From: Camelus dromedarius
Taxonomy: Eukaryota
DNA: 64,000 nucleotides
Assembly: GCF_036321535.1 (NCBI RefSeq)
Contig: NC_087437.1
Location: 100,876,001-100,940,000, forward strand
Direction of reading: 5' to 3'
Made by a program: the position numbers and the translations under genes. Below, piece by piece: positions 39,243 to 53,476 of the stretch. Position 1 is the stretch's first letter. Each line of letters begins with the position of its first letter. The notes beneath the pieces were generated by a model. The model had not been told where the DNA came from. It was given only the letters and a program-made list of their open reading frames with translations, and ran no database searches.

Positions 39243-39393
39243 CTTAAATTCCACTGTTTCATTTAATGTTACTTGTGCGTAGTTCCAATTTTCTCCATAA
39301 TTTCCTTCCTTTTGGAAAATTGTCTTCTCCATGTTTTGGTCACTGCTGACGTTAACGTTTAATTTATAGACATTTTCACCATACATATAATAC
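39243..39393 (-). CDS. TMPRSS15: Enteropeptidase exon 12 (151 nt), MAM
   Basis: aaactag|GTATTATATG...TTTAAG|gttggc; (W)YYMYGENVYKLNVNVSSDQNMEKTIFQKEGNYGENWNYAQVTLNETVEFK; phase 2->0. Confidence 0.96.
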
Positions 39394-39672
39394 CTAGTTT
39401 GGAAACAAGCAAAAATGAATGATTCCTACAAGAATATGAGTATTTTAGAGTTCTTCTAAATACTTTATTGTCTTTGAAATATTCCTTTTCCCCTCTGGTG
39501 AGGGAGTTGCTAGAGAAAGAGAGAGACTCCCCCAGCATTTTGCTACTCTATCAATAGGAAAAGTAATGGGACAACCTGGGATAACATCTTATTAAAATTT
39601 GAACCTGGCAACATAAGAAAAGCTATGTTACTCATTAAATAAAACATTACTTCATATGGGTCAATAACATAC

Positions 39673-39778
39673 CAGAAACTAAGGCAGACTGGCTCCAAAG
39701 TGGGGTCTAAAGGGAGACTTAAAAGTCCCACTCTTTCTTGTCTCCCTCCTGGTCCAGTTGGGGTAGAAATGTAAAATC
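39673..39778 (-). CDS. TMPRSS15: Enteropeptidase exon 11 (106 nt), MAM
   Basis: tttttacag|GATTTTAC...TTTCTG|gtatgt; (G)FYISTPTGPGGRQERVGLLSLPLDPTLEPVCLSF(W); phase 1->2. Confidence 0.97.
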
Positions 39779-40689
39779 CTGTAAAAACAGCAAAAACGTT
39801 TTTACTTCACTTGAATATTAGCAGTTTCGTTGTGTGAGCTGTATCATTCATAAGCAGTAAAGAACAACTTTAAGATGAAAGTGTAAGGACACATATTCAG
39901 GTAGAGCGGAGAGAATGCTAGACTGGAATCCAGAAGGCAACTTCCATAATAAATTGTTATTTAAGAATATCACTTCTCAACACTGGATCTCCTAGTTTGT
40001 AAAACAAGAGCCTTGAACTGGAGCACCACTAAGGATGTATCAGGCTCTGACTTATTATGAGTCCACATGACTGTTGCATCATATTATTATGTCCAAGTAC
40101 TACTTTAATTCCAATTTATTAATGTTTTGATTAATTAACCTGTTTAGAGACAACCAGTCCATGAAGGTATTTAGATGTGCTGGTGGACTAACTCATGATA
40201 TAGGCAAAGACTTAAATACGAATTTGTAGGCAAAGTTAAGTGTTTCAAAGATGGTCAGTTTTTCATTCCATTGTGTCTACTGTGTTTCTCTAAACAAGAA
40301 GTTAACTGATTTTATAATGGTCTTCTCTTCCAATTCCTTTGAATGATAACTAGTCAAATTACAAAGGAGCAGGAAGCATGCTAATTCACATAATAGCTTT
40401 CTAAATGGCTCAAGCCACTACATAAAGTGCTTTTTGATCTGGAATTCATTATTCCAACCAATGATTTGAGTTACCTGAAGTGCAGTTGTGGGTGAGACAT
40501 CTTGAACATTTTCTTAGGCAAATAATTTTTTAAATTCTTAGTTTGCAGCTCATGTATTTGACAGAACACAGAAATCATGGAACAAAATATGATATAAAGC
40601 AAAAGAAATATTGGATAAATTTAATTTTATTAGAATGTAATTTTTATGAAATGCTGAAATGTAGTGTGTGTTTGAAATCAATCTCCTTT

Positions 40690-40910
40690 CTTTTTTTTTC
40701 CAATAGAAAAAATTTTAGAACATTTTCATAATTCCAAAAAGAAACCCATGCCCAATTGCAGTCATTCCTCATTCCTGTCACCTTTCTTCCAGCCTCTTGC
40801 AACCACTAATCTACTTTAAACCTCCATAGACTTGCCTATTTTGGATGGTTCATATAAATGAAATCATGCAACAGCTGGTCTTTTGTAAATGACTTCTTTA
40901 ACTTAGTGAA
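40690..40910 (-). mobile_element. Old LINE-1 (L1M-type) 3' fragment
   Basis: gcaaccactaatctacttt...gacttgcctattttgga...catataaatgaaatcatgcaaca...cttctttaacttag. Confidence 0.75.
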
Positions 40911-43027
40911 TATTTCAGATGAACTCATCATCAAATATCTTAGTAAATGTAACATATGCACATTCACTGGATTTAGATTACAAGATATAAAGTAGAAATA
41001 AATGTATATTTAATACTTTATATTATTAACACACTACTTATGTTTTATATAATGCTGTGATATTTCATGAGTACTTCTTTTACCTATGGAGTTGGTTAGG
41101 GCCAATTATTCAATCCAATAAAAATGTAGTATAGATACAGAGGACATGTTTCAGAATCTACTATCTAAATGCTCAACTCTAAGTCCCTTTTGAGTTGCTT
41201 AGAATATTGTTGGAGAGGAAATAATTAAAACACTTCTGAATGTCATAAATTAGTACTGAAATGGCTAGCTTATTCATAAGTATTTCTAGTTAACTATAAT
41301 TACATAAATTAAACACATATCATGTTCCTACTTTTGTTTGGCCATGTTCACAATCTATTAGTTATAATTAGAAATATTTTTGAATCTATTATTTACTCAT
41401 TAAATAGTAATATACTCTGGGTTTTCAGTCTGAACAAGATATCATGATGCTATGAGCTTTGTATCATTGTTTAGATACAACACCATTAGATGGACTGTCG
41501 TACCTTATGAATTTTGCATAAATAAATTGAAAAACCACAATATACTAAATAGCATATAGAATTGTATATTTTGTAATAAAGTAAAATAACATATTAAATT
41601 TTTACACTTGTAGAATCAGCTAAATTCTTTAGTTAACAAATTAGAAGATGAAGGAAATTCCTCATAAAATTATGAATTTCAAGAGTAGAGAAAAATTTAC
41701 TTAGTCAAACTACCCAACTGTCCTTATACTTCATCCACGACATTTTACCTATGGGGTCACTTGACCCCTATTTAGCATATGTCAGATACAGCAGAAATCA
41801 CTGCATTTCAAAGCAGCCCATTCCATTTCAACATGACTAGAAAATTCTCTTCCATCTATACCTTTTTTCTGCTTGTTTCTCCATGAACTGAACTTAACCT
41901 CCCTCCACCCAGTGCTCCAGTTGAAGAGAAAAAGTGCTGGACACGTGCTGATGGTGATGAAGAGACAGCAGAAACCAAAGAGGTAGCAGAACTTCCTGGA
42001 AACTCAAGGTCCCTCTCAAAAAGAAAATAAGCTGATATAAATCACTTTGTGAGTTGTGGTGCATATACATTAACTGAATCTAGTAGATAAACATTGAAAG
42101 TTTTGGATTGGAGAATAGTGCAAATTCAGTAAGATTCGGTCAATATTGAAGAGTAATGTTATTTTCCAAAATTCTACATCACAGGAAAGATAAGGAAATA
42201 AGGACAATATTTTTGGGAACGCTAAAGTTACACTTGTTTTAGAATAAGTTTACATGCTAAATATAAAATACAGATATCTAAAAGATTTACTGTACTTTTG
42301 AAAATTGAGCAGTATAAGTATTTTCTTTTCAAGCTTCCTAATTAGAACAGTACCACAGCCAGTTTGTGTCTGTTAAATACATCTGTGGCATGAAAAGAAA
42401 ATAGTTATTATATGTAATATTTGTATAGCATTTTTCATGTACTAGGTATTTTTCTACATTTTTTTTATAACATAATAATGTAATGTTCATAATATGCCTC
42501 TAGATTCAGGTTCTATTATCATCAGCCCACTTTCCAGATGAGGGAATGGCATCTAAATGGCAGAGCTCAAATTTACACCTAGCTAAGATTTCAGATTTTG
42601 ATGATCCTTATTACAACACAACACTAATCCCCAAGTACTAGAAATGACCATGATTTCCTTGAGAAAGGCCAACAAAAAATGCTTTCTTGTGAGCTGTCTA
42701 GCTCTTTTGTGACCCCTATGTTTCTGAAGTTTTCACATGTTACTAACCTCATACCCCCTGAATGTTCTGAACAAAGGGGCCACTTCTGAGCATCCCAAGA
42801 TGCAGACCTGTATCAGTGGCATGGTCTCAATTCCCTTTGTTTCTAAGTGGTGTGGAGAATCAGCACTGACTGTATAGAGATTTAGGAGCTGGTGCTCCAC
42901 CAGGACAAAGTTCTTTAGAAGGACTCAGAAAGTTAAAGGGCTTAGATGTTCCTCCCTAAAGCAATGTTAATTCAAAGTTTATCTGTTTCATTTAGACTTT
43001 CCTGTCATTTAAAGTGAAGGCAAAGAA

Positions 43028-43043
43028 CAAAACAAAACAAAAC

Positions 43044-43070
<27 letters not shown>
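43028..43070. repeat. (CAAAA)8 microsatellite
   Basis: read directly. Confidence 0.95.
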
Positions 43071-43074
<4 letters not shown>

Positions 43075-43959
43075 TGCATGGATAAGAGGAACAGCGGGAG
43101 AAATTTAATTCTCTTCCATTTCAGTGGCAGGATGTTCTGACACATAAAAAAGCAGGCTGAAAGAGAAATGCCCCTTGAGGGGGAATGACTGGTAGATTAT
43201 GAAATCACCGGTATGAGAGTTAGGAAGGAATTATTAAGGCCTCTCCTCCGTTCTCATTACGCTGCTGCCTCTGGTGGGCTCTGAACTGCTCTGACTCGTC
43301 TCATTTTAAATAACTCCTGCTACATGACTTTATCCTGAGACTCCATTTCGAACCCAACTATTTAAAAACCTCCACCTGACATTCAACCTGTTTCCCTTTG
43401 GTCAGTTTCATCTTATTTCTTTAGTTACTTAATCTGTTGGCAAGCTGAAACCATTTTTCTCCTGTAATGTACTTATATTCTTCAACTATCAGTGGAATTA
43501 TTTTATCTCTTATTATGATGACATAAAAGTAGAAAATGATGATTTGAACATCAAAGACTTCGACTCCATAAAAGCTATCTGTCATAGTCAATAGATATAA
43601 ATGCTTTCTCCACTTTCCTCTAACTACTCTTGTCCAAGTGTGGTAGAGACATTTTTCCCTTTTTTTATTGCAGTTATGGAAAAAATTGGTCAAATTATTT
43701 GACTGTTTTAGGTCAGGATTCTTTAGAGGGTTGGGGTGATTATCACTTAGGGGTTACTTCAGCTGTGCAGATGACAAATTTATCCATAGAGGATCAGGCT
43801 CTTGGAAATAATTTGTTCAGAGAAGATTAATTATGTATGAGACTATGCAGGTCATAATTTCCAGTACTAAACATGTAGGTCAGATGGGATCGGCCATCTA
43901 CGCAGAGCACATTTTTGGTCCGCAGGTCCACACTGGTGACTAATTTAGCAGGATCCTGT

Positions 43960-44670
43960 TAACTTCACTTTTAGGTTATATCCAGAATCTGAGTTCTTAC
44001 CATATCTGTTCGCATTGTTCTCAGAGTCCCATGGTTTCTTCTCTGGATTAAGTGATGGCCTTTCCCTGGTCTCCCTGACAACAGTCTTGTTCCACCATAA
44101 ACTATTGTACCGGCCAGTACGAATCCCATCACTCCTACACTTAAGCAACTTCCATAGCTCTTCATTTCACTGAGAGAAGAAGCCAAAGCCATAGAAGACC
44201 CATGTAATCCGGACCCTACTGGCCTTATTCATTCTATTCCAGCCACGCTGGCCTCCTGGCTTTTCTTCAAGCTGTCGGGCACAAGCTGTCCCTTTAGAGC
44301 CTTTGCTCTGTTTCTTCTGTCTGGAGTAATCTATATGGTGAATTCCTTCACTTCCTTAAAGGTTTGATTCAAATGTCACTTTTTCAATAAGACCTGACCT
44401 GATCACTTTTTTTTTACATTTGTAACACCTCAACACCTGGCCTCCCCATTGGCCTTACTTAGCTCTGTGTTTTCCCAGAGTACTCATTCACATTTAATGG
44501 ACCCCCAAATGTAATTACTTGTCAGGTGGATTGCTTATTTCTGTTTTTCTTTGCCAATATGTGTTCCATGAGAACAGAAAATCTGGCTTATTTTATTCAC
44601 AGATACATTCTGAGTTCCTTGAATAGGGCCTGGGAGTCAAAAATTACTTCTTAAAGGGAGGAGTGAAAGA
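43960..44670 (+). mobile_element. LINE-2 (L2a-like) 3' fragment
   Basis: tatatccagaatctga..., tccagccacgctggcctcctggctttt..., caaatgtcactttttcaataagacct..., ccatgagaacagaaaa. Confidence 0.85.
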
Positions 44671-45770
44671 ATACATTGGATGGGGCTTTCAGTGATTTCT
44701 TAGGGAAATAGATTAAAAGTAGTCACTTTTTATTAAGAAATACCTTCAAGGTGAAGTAGTATGGTGAACCATATTTTGTTATTCTGGTAATGTATTGTTA
44801 AAGGAACCAGGATTAGTCAGATACATTTCTACCATGAAAAAAAAATAACTTTTTAATATATTTTTACTAGATGTCATTCACAATTGACATTAAATCAGCT
44901 ATTTACTTTCAGATTATAAAAATAAGAATATTGATTTTTATAATATAAATGGCCATTAATAACAAATCACGATGCACATGTGCTCAGGCTGTTTTTATAT
45001 TATAAGCTATTTAATTTAGTTAATAACTCACTCACTCAGAAATTACTTATTGAGTGAAAGCTGTAGACATTCATTCATGTATTTGAAAATAACTTCCCAC
45101 ATTAGTGAGATTCAGGCACTCAAATGCACTGGCAATTCAAAGACGTAAAAAGATAAGGTTCTGGTTCCTGACGAGAACACTGTGGTGGAAAGAAAAAAGT
45201 AAGTAAGCAAATATAACACCACGTGATGGGAAAAACAAACAAGAAAAAAGGTGTTTTAATGTTTAACAGAAAGGAAGATTTCAACTAGGAGGGTCCAGAA
45301 AGACTTTGTAGAAATGGTGATATGTGACCCGTGTCTTCAAAGACAAGGTTAGAGACAGATTTTGATATGCATTTTTTGAATTGAATTTAATTCTCATCAG
45401 TAACAAGAAATATTATAGGATAGATTTTGTCCAAGGTAATTATCTAAATGCATAAATTTCTATTCTGTCCTTTTTGTAATTTTCCTTACTTTGTATGATC
45501 CATATTACTTCCAGATTTGTACTTTGATCATATTTGGTGTTATGAATACAGGCTTCCACGGTTTACATGGGTGGTTTTCTCACTATGAGTTGCTTACCTC
45601 TTGATAATTCCCTGTGATTTCTGGTCTTCTCAGTCAAATATTATTGTTTCAATGTTAATGTTTCCACCTGAAATTCAATTCTAATATCCCATTCACGTGC
45701 AAAATATATGTACAAAACACAACCCTTCCCTTAGGATCATGCTGTAGAATCAGCTCTTCCATAGCTTTTC

Positions 45771-46108
45771 TCCTGTGGACTGAATGGTTGTGTCCCCCTC
45801 AAGGTTCATATATTGAAACCCTAATTCCCAATGTGATGATACTGGAAGTGGGGTCTTTGGGAGATAATTAGGTCATGAATGTGGAGCCCTCACAATGGGA
45901 TTAGTGATCTTTTAAGAAGAGACAGGATGTTCTCATGTTCTCTGTCTCCCTCCACTATGTGAGAATACAGTTAGAAGACAAGAAGGGGCTCTCAGAACCA
46001 TCTCATACCTCAGACTTCCAGCCTCCAGAGCTGCGACAAATTAATATTGATTATTTAAGACAACCAGTCTGTGGTAAGCTGTTATAGCTGCCCTGACGGA
46101 CTAAAAAA
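45771..46108 (+). mobile_element. MaLR LTR (MLT1A-like)
   Basis: tggactgaatggttgtgtcccc...aattaggtcatgaatgtggagccctcacaatgggattagtg...cagacttccagcctccagagctg...ggactaa. Confidence 0.88.
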
Positions 46109-46149
46109 GCTTGTCAGAAGAAGTAAACCTGCCTCTTTATCTGTATTTC

Positions 46150-46310
46150 AAGAGGACATGATCTTGTATATTAAAAATTCTAAAGAATTCTTAGAAAACT
46201 AATAGAGTTAATATACAATTTCAGCAAGGCTGCAGAGTACAAGATCAATATGCAAAATCAATTGTATTTCTATACACTAGCTAAAAACAATCAGCAAGTG
46301 AAATTAAGAC
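46150..46310 (+). mobile_element. LINE-1 ORF2 internal fragment
   Basis: gacatgatcttgtata...aatttcagcaaggctgcagagtacaagatcaatatgcaaaatcaattgtatttctatacactag. Confidence 0.85.
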
Positions 46311-46645
46311 AAAACAGACCGAAATTCAGAAAAGTTAATTATCTCCCACAAGTCCACTTAGTTAATAATAAGTGGCAAGTCTAGGGTGACAAACTGTCTC
46401 TTTATCTCTAATACTCTCTGTGTACTTTTCAGTATTTCATGAATATATAAAAGAATATATTTCTTGAAATATTTTTACTTGCCTATTTGATTACTATTTT
46501 TCACTTAAATTCATTTACTAGTTCATGTTTAAAAAAAAAAAAGAATATCTGAAGAGACTGTCTTGCATTTAATACTGCTCACTTTGAACCGAAGAATGAC
46601 ACATGCGACTTTTTTTTTGGTTTATGAATTAAACACGAATTATAC

Positions 46646-46795
46646 CTGAATCGTTGCCAAAAGTGTGGTCAAAATTTGGTCCAGTCAAGGGAGGAAAAGT
46701 GTTTCCCTGAACCCTTTCCCACTCATTATCATCATTTAGATCCTGGACCCAGAAACAAAAGCCATCCTCAAAATTACAGTTGATTTTCTCATAAT
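46646..46795 (-). CDS. TMPRSS15: Enteropeptidase exon 10 (150 nt), start of MAM domain
   Basis: tttcacag|ATTATGAG...GATTCAG|gtataa; (N)YEKINCNFEDGFCFWVQDLNDDNEWERVQGNTFPPLTGPNFDHTFGNDS(G); MAM signature CNFExGFCxW and GPxxDHT. Confidence 0.97.
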
Positions 46796-47475
46796 CTGTG
46801 AAATAAAAAAAAAAAAACTTCAGATTTAGTCTACAATATGACTAATTATAATAGATCGAGATGAACATAATATAAACTCACAGTTTATAATTAAGTGGCA
46901 TGCATAAAATTATTTTTTAAACTTTATTTGACTGTTTAACTCCATTTAGTTAAAAAAAAAACCCAGCTTTTTGTTGCCAACTGTGTTAATATGTTTCTTA
47001 TGCCCCACTAGGGCTTTAGCAAAAGCATCTTGTTCTTACTCTTTGATTTTTAAATCTCACCTCTGTTGATTTACCCACATAAACTTTGTCCTCAATTTTT
47101 GTCTCTCCCTTTTTATTTACTAAATGTAATATTCTGGTTAAAATTAAGTTGATGTGGAATATTATCAGAGTTAGTTTTATGCTAATTTTTTTTACTTTGA
47201 ATACTTGTATATAAAAGTTTAGTTCAATTTTCCTATTAATTCATAATTTTTCTCAAATTGGTTATTTGATTGTTTTGAAAAATGTTAACTATTTTCTAAT
47301 TCATTTCCTTCCAAGTATCAGGTAGAGGTATACTTAAGAGATACTCATTAAAGAACTTGCATAATGAAACATATAATGATCTTGTTCTGGAATTTTAGGT
47401 TCTGCTACTTAAAAAATTCCATTACAGTTTTAAAGCAACTGAAGATTCAAAGGCTGAGGAATAAACAGTACTTAC

Positions 47476-47616
47476 TATTAAGCTCTGTGCTGTTAAATGC
47501 AGTATATGTTGCATTAAAACCAATATAATCATTTTCATCAGATTCTATAAGAAAGGTGGCAGTAACTTGGTTGGAAAAAATCCTAATTGTGCCAGGGCTC
47601 TTTTCCCAGAGAGAAG
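47476..47616 (-). CDS. TMPRSS15: Enteropeptidase exon 9 (141 nt), end of CUB1
   Basis: tttgtag|CTTCTCTC...CTTAATA|gtaagt; (A)SLWEKSPGTIRIFSNQVTATFLIESDENDYIGFNATYTAFNSTELN(N); phase 1->1. Confidence 0.97.
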
Positions 47617-47672
47617 CTACAAAAGAAAGTAAATGACTGTTATATTTATCTGTTTATCTATCAGTTGATCTG

Positions 47673-47708
47673 TCCATCCATCCATCCATCCATCCATCCA
47701 TCCATCCA
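47673..47708. repeat. (TCCA)9 microsatellite about 57 nt upstream of the exon 9 acceptor
   Basis: read directly. Confidence 0.95.
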
Positions 47709-48292
47709 TCTATCGATCTATCAAATTTTTTACCTGATCCTATTTGGTTAACTGAAAGAATGTCTTATGATTAATTTATTTAACTAAAACATCTCTTCTC
47801 CTATGATAATAATGTTTCAAATTATTACATATATTTGTGGTTTAAAAACTATATTTTTATTTCTAATTATTGGTTACATATACTTTAAACATATTTAAAA
47901 AAAGATGCATTTCTTTTTGAAAAAGTTCCTATAAGAAACACACAAGTTAAACAGCTATAAAACAAAAAGTGAGTTTGATTCTGTCAGGTATTTCCCATGC
48001 CACACTAACAGGGGCTAAATTCAATCACAATAATAGAAATAAGAGTATTCCTTTGGCTTTCTATGACTGTAGGACCTCAGAAAAGTACCAGGCAACTTAA
48101 AGATGGTACAGAATTTAATATTGATTTCATCACTTTTCCATCTTGATTCTAGCTACAAAAGGTAATATCTTTTTAGATTTTTGATTCTCAAATGTTAGTA
48201 TAGTGCTTGGGATATAAGGAGTACTCATATGATGATTTATAAAAGCATTGCTATATAAAATTTGCTTTTATAAAAATAATTATTTAGCACAT

Positions 48293-48516
48293 ACATTCTC
48301 AAAGTGGGTGATATTTCCTCCTACGGGGTAAAAATTTGTTCTCAAGGGCAAAAGAATCTTAATTTTTAAACGTATAAAGCTCAGTTATTCATACAAGACA
48401 TAAGCAGGTATACAGAATATCTGAAAAATTAAAATTTAATGGGGGAGCAATTAGGGAAAAAAAGATCTAAAAATTCCTTAGTGGGAATGGTAATAAAAAA
48501 AGATAAGAAACAATGG
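48293..48516. mobile_element. hAT-Charlie-type MITE (family not assigned)
   Basis: starts ttctcaaagtgggtgatatttcc, ends aaaaaagataagaaacaatg, resembling decayed Charlie TIRs. Confidence 0.45.
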
Positions 48517-49289
48517 TTTAGCATTTTAGTTTGATGGTTTGAACTGGGCATCAAATTCAAGTTTATGAAAAGTATCATGCTTGCAAATTGAAGACAAAGC
48601 ACCAGTGTTACTTACTGAGCTCCAAAGAAAGATACTGTCATAAACTACTGAAAAATTCTGTGCTCATCATATAGAAATTAGTGAGAAAATGTGATACATG
48701 CACGATAATTTCAATAAAATCGAATGGAAAGAAAATCGTGAGCAAGCATTGATTCGCATCTTTTCCCCAGTAATGCTGTATGTCAGTCTTTCAGTATTTT
48801 CTCATGAAGAACTACACTGGTTATTCATATTCCTTCCACTCTCCTGTATAACTGTGTCATCCAAATGATTCTCATATTGAAAATCTTTGTAGTCCATAAA
48901 TGTCTAGTTGCTTAAAGGATGTGAATATTCTAGAAAATTTGCTTCAAACCTATCTGCCTCTCTTTCTTGCTTTCTTTTTTAAAGCAATGGAATTTGAGGG
49001 GACGGGTGGGGAGAAATGGCTACTGGTTCAATAGCACTCTTCGTGGTTGTAATCTGTTGGATTCCCACGTTGTCTAATGTTATTGCACTAGTCTAGATAG
49101 TCTGGGGTTTATGTCCTGAGATCCTTTAATATGCTTCAAAGATACACACAAACTTCTGGAAATGGTGTAGAATATTTGCATCTGTAGAGACTTCATAAAA
49201 TTTTCATCAGATCCTTAAAGTTGTGACTAGAAAGAGTCCCAGACCACAGATCCAGTGGAAGGAACATATCTTATGCATTCAGGAAAGTA

Positions 49290-49500
49290 GTACAAGACAG
49301 TGGTTAAAAACAGAACTCCAGAGGCAATGTGAGATTTATTTCTGATTCCATGTCTTATTAGACTTCTCTGTGCCTCAGTTTTCTCTGCTTTGATATAATA
49401 ACACCTTCCATAAAGATTTGTGGTGAGGAGTAAATAAGTAATTTCCATATGATAGACTACCTTGTTTATAGTAAATGCTCAGTGAATGCTAGCCATTATC
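49290..49500 (+). mobile_element. MIR SINE
   Basis: gtggttaaaaacagaactccagag...cttctctgtgcctcagttttctc...gtaaatgctcagtgaatgctagccattat. Confidence 0.8.
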
Positions 49501-52369
49501 CCTCTATCTCCCCCACTGGATTGTAAACCCTGAAGATGCAGAGATTATACTTAACACCTTCTGTGCCTCTGCCATTGTGTCAGAGCATGGGCAATTTGTC
49601 ATCAATATTTGGGTGCATGAATTAAGATGTGAGTAAATAGAGCAATAGAGTTCGCCTACATAAAAGAGTCATCAAAGAGCTGGGACTGGAGTTAAAAGAA
49701 AAACCAATTTCCTAATCATTTCTAAAGGCTGGATTTTTCTCTAGCTGACCCAATAAACTTTCAGGCAGTAATTCTTTAAGAGAATCCGGTGTCTATTACT
49801 AAAATAAACAATACTTCTATGGATATTAAACTTGCCAAACAGCCACATTTAAGTGTGAGTTTACTCATTTATCTTCTAACAATAAGGGCTCCAGTGAATA
49901 GGTTTTGCCAAAGAGGAAAGCTGGGAAGTATAATTAAGACACAGGGGAATTTGGAATGAGGGCAATGGTCAGGGATGACAGACTTTCCACAGAGTATAAT
50001 TCAGCAGATCTAGCTCGAAACTGTTTATTTTATCTAATTTATAGGAGAAGAAATTCTGCCATTGGATTAGCTTCTTTGTGAATTATAAGAGATTTCTAAC
50101 ATATTCAACACATATCTTTGAGTGCTCACTGTGGATCTGGTATGGTCTAAGTGCTGATGACCTGGAGAAGAAGTAACCAAGTTCCCCATTAGCCTCCTAG
50201 AAAGTTCAGATTAGTGAATTATATTAACAAATTACTTTGGAATTGATAGATGTGGGAGAAATGCCATGGGAGTACTGAGGAAGTAATTCTTAATTTTCCC
50301 AGGCACTATGTCTGGGGAATAGTCAAGAGCCTCCTGGAAGTCCAACACATTAAGCCAGTTCTAGTCAAACTTTTCCGTATAACATAACCCCTATGAACAG
50401 AAGTGAAAGCGTACTTCTAACCATACGTGAAAGTCTTCTAATAAAAGCACAAATTTTAACGAAAATGCTGTGAAAAATGTTTGCATCTACTATTTAGTTC
50501 TGTGTCTACAATATGATTATTTTTGCTGTAGGATAAATTGACAATTCAGAAAGATTCAGTATGTTTATTATGTATCTTCGGCTATATCTATGCACACTTT
50601 TGGTTTTAAAAACATGGTCTTAAACTGTTAAGCTCCAATAATATGGATATGTTGTTAACAGTCCTTTGGGAATGGAATAACAGCTAAGCACTTAGGAAGG
50701 AAAGAATGGCATAACTACACACACACAAGTGCATTTTCTCGGCTTGGCAATTTGAAATCAGTTTCAGTGTGCTGACACAGGCTGTCTTTCTTTGAGGATG
50801 TGCAAAAATATCTATGCATTTTTCTGAACAAGGAGTTAAAGGAGCACATTTACCATCTTCTACCACTTCCATACCCAGTACAGATAATTATTACCACCAA
50901 TGAATTGAATATTGTACCTTCATCAACACAACTTAAAGAAAACATTTTTGAACTAATTATCCTATTAATCTATTCTGATTTACCCCAGTTTGCACACTTA
51001 CTTGGAGAAGACCCTATTTACTCTATACAATCTGTCTTTATGAAATGCCCACCTTCCTCTGAAACTTTTTACCAGATAAACTTTTTACATCATGACTGTA
51101 TGTAAAAACGACTGAAAAATGCCTTTAGAATTTGTTTATACTGACTTATGCCTTAATCAAGTATATAAGAACTGTTTATGGTACTGAATACTTTTATTTT
51201 CTTATAATTTCTTTAGAGAATATTGTTTTCCTTGATTTAATTAAACTATGTAGACATTTCCCATGTGATAAAGATAATTACATTATTTGAGATCCACATT
51301 CTGAATTGTAATTTAATGAAAGTAAATTTGTATACATCTCTCACAAAAAGAAATTGCTAAAATATTTAGAAAAAAAGATGGGATTGTGAATCAAGAATGA
51401 AAGTATTATTTCATTATCAGCATTATTACAAAATTAAATAATTTTAGAATTGTAAGAAATGCTATTGCTATCCATTGATTACATACTGTAATACCATGAT
51501 ATATAAACTGTTGGTTTAAATTTAAATCAGCAGATACTGGGTTTTACAATATATCAGGCACATGCTAGATGTTGGAGGTAAGGAATTTTTACCTTCTTGT
51601 CTTTCAAAAAAGTATTATTTTTGAATTTAAAAAATGTAATTTTAACAGGCAATGTCATTTCTCATATTTTTCCAAGTTAAATGAAAACAATTAAAAAACT
51701 TTAAAATATATTTACATTTTTTAAAAAGTTGTTATAATTTAAATTTCTTAGATTTTTAGATTTTCTTAGATTTTTTTTCTGTTTTGATATTCAGTTTCTT
51801 TTTTGCATTTTCACAATAATTATTTGTGCATTATTCACATCGCTACACCTTACGATTTTAAGATTTAGTTATGTATTACTGACAGTCTAAGCATATGAAG
51901 ATAGGTAAAATTAGCATTCAGGCAAATGATATTTGAAGAGAAGGGAACCTGAGGGAAATTTACACCTATCACTTTTGGGCAACTAACCTCTATGAAGTTA
52001 GTTTTTATCATTTGTAAAGACTGTAATATCACCTACATAATATGGTTAGGGGGAGCATTTTTTGAGTTGAAGTGTTGAGAACACAACTTTCCATATTGCA
52101 AGTGATCAAAGTATGCTAAAACTTATTATTAATATCACCTTAGCCCTTGGAGAAATTTATATGAACTGGCTTATTTGTCCAGATATGTAAATATTTATGT
52201 TGACATTAATTTTAAGGAACTAGATTTATCAACTACAGAAATAAATAGATTATGAAATGGCTGGTCCATTCATTTAAGCCAAATGTGACTTACCATGAGT
52301 TCATCTGTTTTATGTCTACTCATGATTATATTTGTGCTCGGGGCTTGTAAAGCACAATGAATAAATACA

Positions 52370-52580
52370 TTGTGTTTGAAGTCAGAGTCTGAGTCTGATT
52401 TCTATCTCCAACACTAACTTTGTCGACTTGTGGTCATTTAACTTCATTAGACCTCATTTTTGTCTCTTGTAATGCATACTTTGAAGATTTATTGAAAATA
52501 CTAAATAAGAACATTCACATAGAGTCCTCAGTATGATAAGTCCCACCTTAAAAGCACCTAATAAAAAGTACATATTATTA
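52370..52580 (+). mobile_element. MIR SINE (degenerate)
   Basis: tttgaagtcagagtctgagtctga...gtcatttaacttcattagacctcattttt. Confidence 0.6.
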
Positions 52581-53476
52581 TCATATGCTTGGCTAGTTCA
52601 CAAACCAGTAAGTCAATCAAAAACTTTTATTCGATAGAATCTAGCTTTTAATTACTCATGAGTGCAATGTAAAATCCAAAATTATTAAAAGAAATGCAAC
52701 TATTACATAAACTTTAATAACAGGTGTCACTTGTAACCTCATCTTAGCTCTGCACTTGACTATTCCCCAAAAGTGTGAGGAAAGCTAGTTATTCCAGGGA
52801 CTCCATTTCTACATTCTTGCCTTCATCTTTATTTTATTCCTTCCTGGAATTTAACTCCTACTTTTACTGGCTACTATGAAGAGGTCTATGCATTTGGGGA
52901 CCAGATGGAATAACGTGGGGTAGACACACACATATCGTTAGTGCATTCCCTGCCTCTTCTCAGTTTCCATCGATGTCTATGTGCATAATGACAAATGGTT
53001 ACATAGTAACAATACCATCCACACCTACCATTTACAGAGCCTACAACCTGGTCTAATTGCTTTACACACTGTTAGTAATAGTCCTGCAAGAGACTGAGAA
53101 GCAGAGTGCATACTGAACAATAGAAAAAAAAAAAGAGATTCAATGTTGAAGAAAAATCGTCATTTTTTAGGGTTTGAATTTTGTTTAATGGGGAGTAACA
53201 GAAACAAAGCATAGTAGAATTCCACCTGATTTTTAAAGCATCAGTTAGAAGAGGATCATGTGAAAGAGTAACTATTTTATTCCTAAGAAGATTGATATCA
53301 TAAAGCACTAAAATATTAATTTTTATAATGAGTAATGAGGACTAATTTTGTTTTCCTTTCAGTAACTTAAAGTACAAGTTCACATTCAGTTCAATATCAA
53401 AGGGAAAACATGTCATTCCAAAAAGTTTTCCACACATTTTCATTTTGATAATGGAGTGTTATTTGTTTTAACTTAC

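Noticed and set aside
39394..39672. In-frame retention of the 279-nt intron 11
   Set aside because: The length is a multiple of 3 but the frame hits a stop at 39543-39545.
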